DNA from: Eledone cirrhosa
Lineage: Eukaryota
Reading direction: 5' to 3'
Assembly: GCA_964016885.1 (NCBI GenBank)
Contig: OZ024740.1
Span: 302,994,001-303,058,000, forward strand
DNA length: 64,000 nt
Below, in pieces: positions 28,803 through 43,982 of this stretch; position 1 is the stretch's first letter, and each line of letters opens with the position of its first letter. The notes under the pieces are model-generated. The model had not been told where the DNA came from, did not search any database, and was given only the letters and a program-made list of their open reading frames with translations. The translations under genes were made by a program, and so were the position numbers.

Positions 28803-29167
28803 GTTTTGATGGATATAACTTTGATTATTTCCAGATGTCCCACTTTTACATATTATAGTACCAGATTTGGTGCAAGGATATTTAAATATGTGACACCTGA
28901 AAACAATTACATATATATGTGTGTCTGTCTGTCTATCTGTATCTGTGTGTGTGTGTGTGTAAAACCTTCATAACATAAAGAGATACAATGTTAAATTAGT
29001 TATCTAATAACTTACTTAAAAGGGAGTAATGTGTAATAGGATATTTATTGTATCAAACAATTCTAAATTATTCATTTAAAGTTAGAAGAAAGACTAGGCT
29101 TTACAGTTGTAGTTTATACTCCATAAAGTCAATTGAATTGACTATGTTGGTTTTACAACAGTTAACC

Positions 29168-29433
29168 TTATACTTAGATATACATTGACTATGTAGCAGG
29201 TTCTTTTTATGTATATTTTCCTCCTGACTCTTCTATCAGATAAGTATTTACAAAGTTCATCCCTCAAAAAATCTAATTAACTCATAGTTACTAATGTGAT
29301 ACTATATATTTGTGTGTCCAGAAATTATTTTTTGAAGTATTCTATGTTTGTTCCACAACTGTCTTCTACTATAACCTCAAATTGATCAAAACCTTGTGAG
29401 TGGAATTTGGTAGATACAAGCTGTGTGGAAGCC

Positions 29434-29474
<41 letters not shown>

Positions 29475-29529
29475 AAATTGATCAAAACCTTGTGAGTGGA
29501 ATTTGGTAGATACAAGCTGTGTGGAAGCC

Positions 29530-29593
<64 letters not shown>

Positions 29594-29853
29594 GGCTTCC
29601 ACACAGCTTGTATCTACCAAATTCCACTCACAAGGTTTTGATCAATTTGAGGTTATAGTAGAAGACAGTTGTGGAACAAACATAGAATACTTCAAAAAAT
29701 AATTTCTGGACACACAAATATATAGTATCACATTAGTAACTATGAGTTAATTAGATTTTTTGAGGGATGAACTTTGTAAATACTTATCTGATAGAAGAGT
29801 CAGAAGGAAAATATACATAAAAAGAACCTGCTACATAGTCAATGTATATCTAA

Positions 29854-29860
<7 letters not shown>
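29168..29860. repeat. Inverted duplication, about 270-bp arms, around a (TA)n tract, plus a 63-bp direct duplication
   Basis: 29168-29438 is mirrored at 29589-29860 with one visible mismatch; 29472-29534 repeats the arm end; (TA)n separates all segments. Confidence 0.9.
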
Positions 29861-29906
<46 letters not shown>

Positions 29907-31387
29907 TGCATGTGTATGTGTTTTGCTGATGTATATTCCAAAATCAATCAGTAAACTGAAAATCCCATGCTTTTTAAACAAAATCCCTGGTGATATTTGT
30001 TCTGTACTGATTTGCAAACACTGCTTTGTCACTTTCATCATCTGACATCCGATGAACCAGTAACTGATTAGTTGACAATTAATTGCTATATTGCTATATT
30101 ACAATAAAATAAATTAAATTAATTCAAACATTATATTTTTAAGATTAAAATTAATGCAATGACTCCTGATATTCAATCAAATATGTTGTATGTTAGCTTC
30201 TAGATAGATTACATAAGAAGCAAAAGGTAAAAACTGTGTGAAATACTATTGCTGTTACAGATTCTTTTTTCTATTATTTTAGTTTTTTCTACATTATTTC
30301 CTACATTAGTAACAGGAATTAACATCTCTATCTTCAGGTGATATTTCATGCATTTAAACAGACTGTTGCAATTTAGTTATCACAAATAATTCCCTTGGAA
30401 TTAAATACTTCACCCATAAACTAAGATTTAAAAAAAAAATAAGGAAAAGGTTGGACTTTGTAGTTAGCAAAAGAAAAACGTGTTTCATCATATATCCTTC
30501 ATATTTGAATGATATCATCGAAACAAACATCACAGTTTCCCTATGTATGCACTTCAAATTATTTACAACTGTCTCTCTTCATATATGTATATTTACTTAT
30601 CTGTCATCCAATATAGCAGCACCTCTTTAGATATTTCAGTAATTATAGCTATAATGCTTGTAAACATAACAACATTGCAAAGCTACATATTCTATTTTAA
30701 TGTTTTGTGCCATTTTTTTTGGCCATTCTAAATAGTAGATTGACAATCTGTTTATTATCACGTCTCCTTTAACAATTCAAAACTATTATCTGCTGAATGT
30801 CTTATTTTCTTGCTGTCCTTGTATGGTATATCTTGTTTCTTTCATGCCATCTCATTCAACATAACACTTTTCACTCATGCTCTGTCACTTCACAAAACTT
30901 CATGTACTAAGAATCTCTAATAGCAATTTCTACTGCTATTATTTCATTCTTCTCAATCTATACCTTTCCACAACTTAAAATGTATCTGTATTTTTATCAA
31001 ATTCAATTAATGTGACTGTATCATATTCCTCTGCAGTTTCTGAGAGAATTACTACCTATTATTTTTACCCATTCTTCATTTACTTTTTGATATTTTCTCA
31101 TTTAAAAAAATTCTTCTCCCATGTATCTTCAGTGAAATATTTATTCCTTAAAATATTACATTCAATAATTGATATAAATTATATTACCCATTAGTAGTAG
31201 TTTTAGCTCTTCATTCAAATTCAATTGCAAATATATATATATATGTATATATATGTGTGTGTGTGTATGTGTACATATATATGTATATATACATGTATAT
31301 ATGTAATTATATGTATATTTATATGTATATATATATATACATGCATATGTGTATTTACATGCATATATGTATTTATATGTATATATA

Positions 31388-31488
<101 letters not shown>

Positions 31489-32028
31489 CTATATACAGAG
31501 AGAGGGAGAGAGAAAGAGACACATAGATGTAACTGAGTGCTTGAGTGAGAACTTAGAAAGAAACAACCATTAAAAGTTAATTATAAAGACTACATTTTCC
31601 ATTAGTTTTATTTAACAATGTACATATTACTACTGTGAGCTTTATGTGAGTTATGTTGCTTGAATTATAATTTAAAATTAATAGGATTTCTATTTTCTAC
31701 AAGACAACGTGAGAAACTTGAAGATAGAAGTAATAAATTTCTAAGCATTTTTAGTTAAATGCTTGTAACTTTGAAACACTGATACATTCCTAATCTCGAG
31801 CTAGTTTCAATACAAAAAATAGAATATATGATAAGATATTTCCTGAAAATAGAAACCTAACAAATGTGAAAATATCTAAAATTCCAGTAAAAGGTTTAAA
31901 AGAAAGATGTTGGTTACTCTTTTAATAATATAGAACTTAAGATCTTTTGGGACACACTTTTGCATTTTTAAAGAATATTGTAAATATATTTTTTTTATTC
32001 CGTTTGAAACATTTAGTAATCACACACA

Positions 32029-32078
<50 letters not shown>

Positions 32079-32754
32079 CGGTAAAAATTCTTCAGGAGAG
32101 TTAGACACCAAAAGGTTTTCAGAGAAGAAACCTTCATACGAGTGTTTCAGCCCATATATGCAAGCCCATATATGCAAGCACTTATATAGTATTGTTTGTT
32201 TATTTTGGAACTTTTATACAAAAACACAAACGGGATCAATATACACCTATGTTAGAAATGTGTAAATATTTGTCTAGTGATAAACAGGATAATTTGTATG
32301 ATTGACTTTTTAATCAACCAGAAATGTCTATGAATCTAAATTAATGGAAACTAAAAAGGTTGAGAGGATATTTTAAACATTTCATTGGTTGTGCAGGCAA
32401 TGTTGTCAATTCCTTTTTATTAGGCAACTGAGAATAGTTTTACTTTGAAAGTCAATGCAACAAGTTTTGTGTAAGTTGGGATAAGCTCAGATTTTGTTCA
32501 GGATTAAAGTGAAGTGGAGTGGCAGATGATGTAAGATTCCTAAACATTAATGTTTTGTCAATAAAATCCAATGTGAATTCCTACCGACATTATTTGTGGT
32601 TGAATAGTGTTATAGAGTTTTCCAGTTGAGAATGGCAAAACAAGTGTTGGTACTGCCGATTTTTCTTTTAATTAAATGGTTGTGATATCCAACATACAAT
32701 AACACAATATATACACAGAAAACAAATAAGTGAGTGTGTGTCTATGTATATTAC

Positions 32755-32785
<31 letters not shown>

Positions 32786-32811
32786 TAGATAGATAGATAC
32801 ATATGTACATA

Positions 32812-32871
<60 letters not shown>

Positions 32872-33030
32872 CAAACATATATATATATATATGACCAAAG
32901 ATTAATATGGATTACTCAATGAATATAGTTTTACAATAGATTAAAATCACTCTACAAAGAAGTTTTCTGGAGTTATTAATATTATTCGAAATATTAATAA
33001 ATGAAGACATTCACATAATCAAAATATATG

Positions 33031-33093
33031 TTTTATTATATATATTTCGGAGGTACTGTGCTGTTTTTTTCAGTACATCCTCATCAGATAAAA
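33031..33093 (-). ncRNA. Type I hammerhead ribozyme
   Basis: Reverse complement: ttttat-CTGATGA-ggatgtactg-(12-nt loop)-cagtacctcc-GAAA-tatata-TA-ataaaa; 6-bp stem I, 9/10-bp stem II. Confidence 0.82.
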
Positions 33094-33183
33094 TACATGA
33101 ATTGATGTATGAGATACCTCAACTGTCTCGATGGTTCAATTCCAGTCGTGATTATGTGGACGTCTTCATTTATTAATATTTCG

Positions 33184-33253
<70 letters not shown>

Positions 33254-33280
33254 AAATGCTCTGAAATAGCGATATATATA

Positions 33281-33312
<32 letters not shown>

Positions 33313-33774
33313 GGTAGGTATGTATACACGCGTGTGTGTGTGTGCTTGTATGATAAATGCAAACATACAAACACATATGGATATGTTAACATTCGACACA
33401 GCTACTGGAAAATATATATAATTGAGAATTATATATAAAGCCTTTCTCCATTTCTAATAAAGAAAACTCATTTACATACAATGGAAAATACAATGATTAA
33501 CTTTTAGTGTTCAATAGAAGAAATCTTTATTAAAATGATTTCCACAATTTATCATTTCGTTTAGATAAACTTGTATATATATTTTTTTTTTTTATACAAA
33601 TATATATTATGCAATCACTTTGACGTCTTTGAAATACGTATAACAGGATTATATAATAAATAGATGATGTACATTTAAAACCATCTCTTTTCTTTTTAAT
33701 ACATATATCATATATATCATATATATATATGTGTGTGTGTCTGTCTGTGTGTGTGTGTGTATAGGGCAGGTAAA

Positions 33775-33913
33775 TTACCAAGATCCATGGACAAGTTCTC
33801 TCCAGCGGTTTCCGTCCTTCATAATCACCACCATGTCCTGTGTCTCCAGGAGACCAGGAGGCCTGTGTCTGTCCTTAAGGCATCAACATATGTCAACCTC
33901 GGTCTCCCTCTTC
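33775..33913 (-). mobile_element. RTE-like LINE extreme 3' fragment
   Basis: Minus strand encodes RRGRPRLTYVDALRTDTG. Confidence 0.6.
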
Positions 33914-34010
33914 TACAGGATTAGAACTGTTTCATTTGAAGGATAAATATTTATACTCTGCTATGTATTGAGTACCTTACTTACTGTGGTTACCCCCGAT
34001 TGAACCCAGG

Positions 34011-34100
<90 letters not shown>

Positions 34101-34749
34101 TCATAAACAGTCAAATGGAATGAATACTTTGCAATATTTGGTGTGTGACAGTGTACTCTGAGTTCAAATCCCACAAAAGTCAACTCTTGTTTTTATTTCA
34201 AAACATGAAATAACCATCAAGAATCATGAATTAGAAACATTGTTAGAGCAATGGATGCAAAGTGTTACAGATTTGTCCAAATTCTGACCCCAGTCACTAC
34301 AATTCTCATTGAAATATATGAGGTATTTGAACACAGATAAAAAGTGAAAAGCTTCCAATATACAGGCAAAAAATACATTTAATTATCTCAGTTGCATCAA
34401 TAAACTAAATGAACCCAACACAAAGCATGGTAATGTGAACATCAGAAAATAAAAGAAACAACAGTAATATGTATATATAGGTATGAATGCATAGAAATAT
34501 AGTTCTTTCCATATACATATATATATAGTACTCTGGTGCGTTATGGTCCATCTGGTTCGTTACCACATCTCCTTCGTTTTATATATATATTTATATATAA
34601 ATGTGTATGTGAGTGCGTGTGCACTTCAAACTATAATCCGATTCAGCAGAAATGATATCTTGACAAATAATCATACAAATTTCAACTCCACAATTCGGAC
34701 ATATACCTATGATGAGACATTTTGTGTTCTTGTACTAAACAATGTGAAA

Positions 34750-34846
<97 letters not shown>

Positions 34847-35018
34847 GATAACAAATTATCGTTATAGGTAATCCAGTTAGAGGTTGTGAATACTCCGTAT
34901 TGTGGATAGTTTTAGCGTACGGCGTTGTTTGACTCAACAAGAGGTTTCCTTAGGTAGCGAGTTTATGAGTTCTCAGGAATTCCTATGTAAGTTAATCTTG
35001 GAGTAATAATAGTAAAAT

Positions 35019-35245
35019 AGTGAAGAATAACATGGTGAACAGTACAAGAAGGGTTTTATTTACAGTATTAACAATTGTTTCATTGATTAAGTTGTCTTAA
35101 AATTGCTAATCACTTGAAGTTGTGTCACTCAATTTTAAATACAGTGTATGCTTAACCAAATCATCAGAAAAACTTAATCAATGAAACAATTGTTAATACA
35201 GTAAATAAAACCCTTCTTGTACTGTTGACCATGTTATTCTTCACT
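35019..35245. repeat. Inverted repeat, about 75-bp arms, enclosing a minus-strand hammerhead
   Basis: Arms 35019-35093 and 35171-35245; minus strand reads CTGATGA-t-ttggttaag...cttaatcaa-t-GAAAC-aatt-GTT with only 2 bp of stem I left. Confidence 0.8.
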
Positions 35246-35902
35246 CTTTCACTATATATATATATATATACACATATATATATACATATGTATATATATA
35301 CATATATATGTATGTATATATATACATATATATGTATCTATATATATATATACATATATATATATATCTGTATATATACATATACATATGTATGTATATA
35401 TATATATATATACATATATATGTATGTATATATATATACACACACATATATACACACACACACATATATATATACGTATAGACATATATATATATAAGTA
35501 TAAACATATATATAAATGATGATGCACATTGTCACTATGTATGAATTTGTACAACAACAAATGTTTGGGGGAAATTTGTAGTAACATAATAGATATTTAG
35601 ATGTGATAACTTATGATTTTCCTCCAAATCTATGCTTCATATAATTTTCTCAATGCAGAGGCAGGATGTGATTATTGGCAGATAAAGTGAGACAAAAGAA
35701 ATAATATCAAAATATATTTTTTTTTTACTAATGATCACAATTTTTCTCTGCATGAGTCAACGTTTATGTAACATAAACAAGATTTAGAGTTACCAGGCAT
35801 GAGTTAAACAAACATGCAGATATGCTATGCATTCACAGATATATATATATACAAACATTATATATACAGGTAAATATATATATATACATGTATATTTGTA
35901 TG

Positions 35903-35980
<78 letters not shown>

Positions 35981-36141
35981 TATATATGTATATATATATA
36001 CATATATAGACATATGTATATACATATACATACATACATGTATATATGTTTATATGTAACACACATATATATATATGGTTTTGGCAGATAAAGTGAGACA
36101 AAAGAAATATCGAAATATTTTTACTAATGATCACATATATA

Positions 36142-36221
<80 letters not shown>

Positions 36222-36376
36222 TATATACATATATATATATACATATATATATACATATATATACATATATATATACATATATACATATATATATATATAT
36301 ACATATATACATATATACATATATATATACATATATATATATCTCTATATATATATACATATATACATATATATAT

Positions 36377-36479
<103 letters not shown>

Positions 36480-36500
36480 GATATATAGATATATACATAT

Positions 36501-36563
<63 letters not shown>

Positions 36564-36941
36564 TGAGAGAAAGCAAGAAATAGAAAATTAATATATGCAT
36601 ACATATTTCAACAGGTTCACTTATGTATATATATTGACATATATTTCTATTTATCTAAAATTACAAATATTTTGTGTGTAAATATGAGTGTATGGCAGTT
36701 TGTTATGTGAGTATGTGTGTTATAACTGGTAATTAATTATGTTATTCGTGCATGACTCCAACACTAAATATTTATCTAATTTGATCTATTATTGATAATT
36801 TCTGTTTTAATGTTTTCAATTTCAAATAAAATCTTTAATTCCTTTATTTATAAAGGTAAGTATAAAAGTATGAACCTATACATCAATACTGGAGAACTAC
36901 ATATATTTAGTGTGAGTGTGTGTGGATGTACAGATATATAT

Positions 36942-36982
<41 letters not shown>

Positions 36983-37085
36983 TAGTATATATATGTGTGT
37001 GTGTGTGTGTATACATATATGCACATATATACATATATGTATATATATACACATATATATATTTATATATATATACACATATATA

Positions 37086-37151
<66 letters not shown>

Positions 37152-37191
37152 AGAAAGTAAGGTTTTCTTTATGTCCCACATGGGTAAAATA

Positions 37192-37660
37192 CAAGGAAAA
37201 GAATTTGAAAATGCAACTGGAGTTTTTTAAAATTATTTATTTACTTTCCCAGTTTCACAGTTCTTATGATTATAAAAAATAAAATTGAGATGGAGGGTTT
37301 GTGTTTCTGCTGTGGTATATCTTGCATCTAACTGGAGTTTGGAAATTTTTATACAAAAAGTGGCTCTGACTGCTATTTGTTTAAAATACACGTTAAAGAC
37401 ACATTATTAGGTACAGCAATTTTTGCACCAGAAAAAGTGGCTCAAAATTGGTATTTGTTTAAAATGCGATTTTGTTGGTTGCTGACAGTCACGTGACAGA
37501 TAGAATTTTCGAACCCCAGTTAGATTCTAGACACATCACAGCAGAAACACAAACCCTCCATGTCTAATTTTCTTTGATAATCATAAGAAGTGTGAAACCA
37601 GTAAGTTAAATAAATATTCTTGAAAGACTCCTGTTGCATTTTAACATTATTTTCCTTATA
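37192..37660. mobile_element. Non-autonomous element with about 155-bp terminal inverted repeats
   Basis: gaaaatgcaactggag...gagggtttgtgtttctgctgtg mirrored at the right end; relatives at 28088-28333 (palindromic) and about 48705-48945 (one arm plus interior). Confidence 0.75.
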
Positions 37661-37799
37661 TATACATATATATATACAAAACACACGGAAAGTAGATGTT
37701 AAATAGTGATGATAGTGATTATATGTGTGTGTGTGTGTGTGTATACACATACATATATAAGGGATTGACAATAAATTTCAGCTGCTTGCAGAGTTCTTA

Positions 37800-38900
37800 A
37801 ACACTCCTTCCATCTGATTGCCACATTGAACAGTTATGATTTAGCACCCAAGGGAGACAAAACAAGAATATACCTCTTGGCAATACTCCCACTAATTCCC
37901 AAAGACCTGAATATTCGGTTCATTGTGTGGCGTCCAAGGCAAAAACTGCACTGCTCATTACTAACTTGGACTTGACATTCTCCCTGCATCTCTTTGTGAG
38001 GCACTTAGCATAGACTTTACCAAGGAGGCTTAACAAGGTGATCTCTCTGTAATCAGAACAATTTCTCTTGGCTCCCTTTTTGAAAATTGGGATTATCATT
38101 CCTGTTTGCCATTGCTTAGGTGCTTTTCCAGAGATCCAGGCCACCCCTTCTCTATTTAAGACTTTTAACATCTCGAGCTGGATTCATCTTCCCCAGTGGC
38201 CTTGCCACATTTGAGCTCTTTAACTGCTCTTGTGACCTCAGCCTCTGAAAGATTAGTCACCCTCAATGCACCTCATGTACATTCGAAGGTGCCATTGTGA
38301 TGGGGTTTAAGAGATCAGCAAAGTATTTTCTCTACCTTGCGAGGATGCACCTCTCTGAAGAGAGGAGAATGCCAGATGCATTTGTGATAGCAGGTGTGGA
38401 AGAGCGCTTCTTATTACAAAGTCTGCAAATAGTCTGCCAGAACAGTTTATTTGATTATCTGCAATCGGATTACAGCTTAACCCCAAATTCCACGCATATC
38501 TTAATTTTTGACGCCTTTACTGTCTCTGCCACAATTTTTCATGCCTGCTTATACCACAAGTGCAAGCTTTGTAAGGTTCGTTCATTGTTTGGATGACATC
38601 TTTGACCTTTTGATTGAACAAAGGGGCCTTCGAGGCATCTGCTGACACACCAAGTCACTTTCCCCCACAGCATTTAACAGCTGAAGCAGAAACTGCTGCA
38701 CTGAACAATCTCCACTCTGTCTCAACATCCTCAGTTTGCTCAAGGAGTTCTCTGAATTTAGGTGCAATAATATCTGTATACTTGGTCCTGATATCCTTAT
38801 CCACCAATGCTTCCCACTTTATCCTATAGGTCACCCTGGACCTGCCAGTTTGTGAGCTTCTTTGGCTTTAGGTAGTCTCAAGCTGCAGATAACCAGTGAG
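37800..38900 (-). mobile_element. Degenerate RTE-like LINE reverse transcriptase fragment
   Basis: Minus-strand peptide PKQWQTGMIIPIFKKGAKRNCSDYREITLLSLLGKVYAKCL is the non-LTR RT N-terminal motif; frameshifted; boundaries approximate. Confidence 0.8.
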
Positions 38901-39366
38901 CAAAATACATGTGCATTTTTTTTTTGTTATAATTTTAGTGTATTCATTTTATCTAACATACAAATAGCATTACTACAACTCAACCATGCATGGTATTTTT
39001 TAATTCCCTAAGAAATCCAATGAACCATCCTACAATTGTGTTAAATCTACCCTTATCAACTAATGTCCAGAACTTTGTGTTTTGGTCACTGTTTCAACAA
39101 GTTTACACGCAGGAAAAACCTCAACTAATTTTTATAATAAATAAATCTATACATCTAGTATTGGATTCTTTCATCAGAAAATGTTTGTTGTCATTTATCA
39201 CATAACTGCCTTAAAATAATTATGTATGCCATCATCATCAACATCATTTTACATCTGCTTTCCAATCTGACACGGTTTGGATGGGTCACTGCAATCTAAG
39301 TTGGTTTTCATTTCGAATTACTGTCCCCTTAATTATATACAATATAAAAAAAATGTATATGTAGTA

Positions 39367-39416
<50 letters not shown>

Positions 39417-40015
39417 ACACACACACACACAATTTGCTTAAGTTACAAAGTATTGGGAAGTTTGAAAGTTTAAAATATAGTCACCACAATGCAAATAACT
39501 ATAATAATATTCAGTAATGATACTAATAGTTACTTCACCTAATTTGTCCAACTCCTATTTAGTCAAACACTACTACTCTTTTTAGTTGCATGGGGTGACT
39601 ATATGTTCAATTATATATGTTATTCACACATCCACATACATACACACACAAACACTAACATTCTTCTGAAATTAGCTCAATAAATAATATCACCACATTT
39701 CAATAAAATACTCAATACAAATAACAATGTAAAGTTTAATCTTTTTATTTGAAATTTACACTTACAATTGCATCACTTATTTCAAGTTATTCTTTGAACT
39801 CTTCACGGTGGCAATACTGTTGAAACCAGATGTTACTACATTATATATATATATATACATTTACATATGTAAATATATATATATATATACATTTACATAT
39901 GTAAATATATATATATATATACATTTACATATGTATATACATATGTATAAACATATATATATGTACATAAATATATATACATATATATATATACATATAT
40001 CTATACATATATATC

Positions 40016-40098
<83 letters not shown>

Positions 40099-40346
40099 TA
40101 TTTATTTCATATAGAAATCTCTTCTATAGGATTGGAAGTTTCACTCCTTTGAAATTACCCTCAGGACTTCAAATGAATGAAACATTTTTGGTCATGTAGA
40201 AACCATTTCTATACGAATTAAATATGTACTTTCTCTACTAATGTATTGATTACCTTATTTAACTGTTGTTCCCTTCTGGTCATGTTCAGAAAACCGTTTA
40301 TCAGATACATATCATGTATATATCTTATATTATCTTATATATATAT

Positions 40347-40543
40347 ATATCAATAATATTAATAAATGGAAACTATCTTTATAAACCATATTTATTTTAT
40401 TATATATATTTCAAGGGTACCAACATTTTTGGTATGTTCTCATCTGATGAGAACATACCAAAAATGTTGGTACCCTTGAAATATATATAATAAAATAAAT
40501 ATGGTTTATAAAGATAGTTTCCATTTATTAATATTATTGATAT
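40347..40543. repeat. Perfect palindrome, 98-bp arms, centred on a hammerhead core
   Basis: Centre tcatc-T-gatga at 40445; right arm CTGATGAgaacataccaaaaatgttggtacccttGAAAtatataTAataaaa is the same family as 46913-47020. Confidence 0.9.
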
Positions 40544-40628
40544 TATACTCCAGAAGAATATTGTAGAGTGCTTCGAAACTGTTATAAACTAAATTTGTTG
40601 AATAACCAACAAATTAAATAACTCATTG

Positions 40629-40715
<87 letters not shown>

Positions 40716-40771
40716 ATATATATATATAAAACGTTGAAGTTTTGTTTACATGTATTAAAATTCTATTGTGT

Positions 40772-40869
40772 ATTGACCTGTTACGCGCATTTCACAGAGA
40801 ATTGACTCAGGAACACCCATAGGATTATGGACCCGACTCCATTATTGATCTGCTCTTCAGACTGGCAAT
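40772..40869 (-). ncRNA. Type I hammerhead ribozyme with long stem II insertion
   Basis: Reverse complement: attgccagt-CTGAAGA-gcaga-(about 50 nt including a ccata/tatgg hairpin)-tctgt-GAAA-tgcgcg-TA-acaggtcaat; stem I has one mismatch and one bulge. Confidence 0.72.
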
Positions 40870-41124
40870 GTGACAAAATATATTTTTTGTTGCTTCGCCT
40901 TGGTCACTGATGTAGGTAGAAATAGCAGCCAATTTTCACTCTATTGTCCTAAAGAAACACTGAATAATTTAATCTTACATATACCTTTAAAGGGCAGTGA
41001 TCTTTTTAAGGGTATATGCAATAATACATTATTGCATGTCCATGTAACTCAAGGGAGTGTAATTTGGCTGATATTTCTAACAGGTTCAGTGACTATAGAG
41101 AATCTATCTTCGTATGTAGGTATG

Positions 41125-41252
41125 TATGCATGTCCTATCATAGTTGATGGAACCAGGTTGGTAGTAGTAGATAAATTTGTTTACTTGTATAGCACACTTT
41201 TAAATGATGGCTCCTTGGATGCTGAAATACATATGCGCATCCAAAAGGCCTG
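41125..41252 (+). mobile_element. RTE-like LINE fragment
   Basis: IIVDGTRLVVVDKFVYLYSTLLNDGSLDAEIHMRIQKA is a typical RTE RT C-terminal motif. Confidence 0.7.
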
Positions 41253-42053
41253 TTGCTTTCTGATAATGCACCACCCATTGAACATGCATAGAAATGTGTG
41301 TGCCAAAGCTAGCTCACTGAATTGCAGTTACAACTCATTTTTGCCAGTTATGTGAAATGGAGCAATATGAAATAAAGTGCCTAGCTCAAGGAAAAACACG
41401 CCATCAGGAATCAAACTCATAATCATATGATCATAAGCTGAACACATAGACACTAAACTGCATAATTTTCATATGAAATAATGATAACAGATATGCATCC
41501 CCATCTGTGTTGCTAATATGTCAACCTCCATATATAGCAGCTAGTGGGGATAGGCTGTCAATTTCACTTTATGGAACAACAGACTATAATATATGTTACC
41601 AATCAACTATAAACTCTAACAAGAAGCCCAAACTAACCAACAAAGGCCCTAACTTTTCTAATCTCATACTTGATCTCTTCACCAAGAAACTGATGGTTTA
41701 GACATATCAATCTGCTGATGATACTTTTGTGTGCCTGTGTGGATGTGCAATTTACACCTATCATACATGCGTTTATATATGTATATATAGAGAGAGATTT
41801 TGGTTTTGCTTAACAAGTCTGATTAGCAAATTGGGCTTGTGTTGGGTCTATAGCATTTATATAGATCCTGAGCCACCCATCTGTGAAATGTTTGTAACCG
41901 TGTATAGTCAATGAAGACCTTAATGAGAAACCTTGCTTTGTTTTTAATATATACACTCTGTCTTAGCATAGAGTGCTGATGTTTGAACCTCCCTCAGTAA
42001 ACCACAAATCTACTATGGCTTGAGCTCTGCCGTCGGAGTCTTGAACATTTTCC

Positions 42054-42130
<77 letters not shown>

Positions 42131-42151
42131 GTATATATATATATGTATATG

Positions 42152-42225
<74 letters not shown>

Positions 42226-42334
42226 AGTATATATATATACATATATATATATATAGATATATATATATATATATATATATGTACAATAAAGTATGTCCAT
42301 AGAATCATTTGATATATATATATATGTATATATG

Positions 42335-42367
<33 letters not shown>

Positions 42368-42387
42368 GTATATATATACATATATAC

Positions 42388-42482
<95 letters not shown>

Positions 42483-43242
42483 TATATATATAAAAATATA
42501 TATATAAGTGAGTGAAGAAGATATATATCTATACATATATATATACATATGTACTCTTTTGTTTTTTTAATTTGTCCAGCCCATGGGCTGTAGCAATGCT
42601 GGGCCTCTAACATTACCTTTTTACACTTTCCATAGCTCTCCTGCTTTGGTTGGTCTTTGATGAAGGGTGAAGATTATGGTTTTTTTTGCATGATAGATGC
42701 TCATCTCAGATAGTAGTATGTCCAGATCATTCTTGAAAACATCTACGTCTATATAGATCTCTCAAGTGTTTTGGCAGTGAGCCGTGAGCAATTAAACATT
42801 CTGCTACTACATTATCTTGGCAGAATTTTAGATGAGGAGAATGGGACCTTTTGCAATATTCAACATCATCTTGTTCAATGATATTTATAGTTTTCACTGC
42901 TAAAGTTTAATACCTTTCCTTCCAAGTGCTTAAGTGTAAAGACGCCCTTCGGTCACAAATGACAATGGGTTTTGCACCTAGGATGTTATCCTCTAAGGCA
43001 CAGTCCCAGAAAAGGTGTTTTGTGGAAGATCAGCAGCTGACTATGCTTACCTCCCTTCTTTATACCATAACATCATCCAAGAGAAAGGCTTGGCAACACT
43101 GATGTTACAATTCATTTCTACATCTGAGTGTGCTGGTGGAATGACATGAAATAAAGTGCCTTGCTCAAGGACAAAACACATTGCTCAGTCAAGGAATGGA
43201 ACTCACAACCTCAGTATTGTGAATCCAACTCTCCAACCACTA

Positions 43243-43286
<44 letters not shown>

Positions 43287-43741
43287 ATACATATATGTGC
43301 CTCTGTGTATATATATGCACACACACATATATATTTTTTTTTTTTTCAAAAGTATTTGAAGAAAATCAATCTACTTTCATTAAAAATAGTTTTAATCACT
43401 TACAATTGTTTCTGGTAGACTGAAATGAATTTGCTTAAGCGCCGCAAACTATTAACTTGTTTTTGTTAATGAATAAACTGTGAGCGATTCATTCACAAAA
43501 TACATTCCTCAGAGTGGTATAAACTAATTTCAATTTATAGTCACATAAAAGATTAACTCAAGCAATAGAAACCAATGAAACAATATCATAATTTGAATTT
43601 ACAGAAAATCAGTTGAAAAAAATTTTTTCTGAGTATTCATAAGTTTGAGGAATATGTCTATCGTCATCATGGCTGGCAATTACAATCTATAAGTCTGTCT
43701 TTACTCTCCTTTGATATTTGATTGTATAGTTCCATTTTTTA

Positions 43742-43817
<76 letters not shown>

Positions 43818-43939
43818 GACAAACATAGAATATTCGAAAATATTCTGTATGTTTATAATAAACATTTCGAAGACCCAATCGCTATAGAATAGAATACGTC
43901 ACGTATTACAATTTGAGATTCTCGACAAAAGCAAGGGAA

Positions 43940-43982
43940 GTAACCTACGCGTTTCATTCTTATTAGAAATCATCAGGATTAC
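43940..43982 (-). ncRNA. Type I hammerhead ribozyme (array unit 1)
   Basis: Reverse complement reads gtaatc-CTGATGA-t-ttct-aata-agaa-t-GAAAC-gc-GTA-ggttac: complete core, 6-bp stem I, 4-bp stem II, palindromic ACGCGT stem III, GUA site. Confidence 0.88.

Noticed and set aside
34706-34756. TGATGA-gacatt...aatgt-GAAA possible decayed hammerhead
   Set aside because: Core altered and the 3' side is lost in (TA)n; similar unsupported remnants near 32126-32147, 45540 and 46255.
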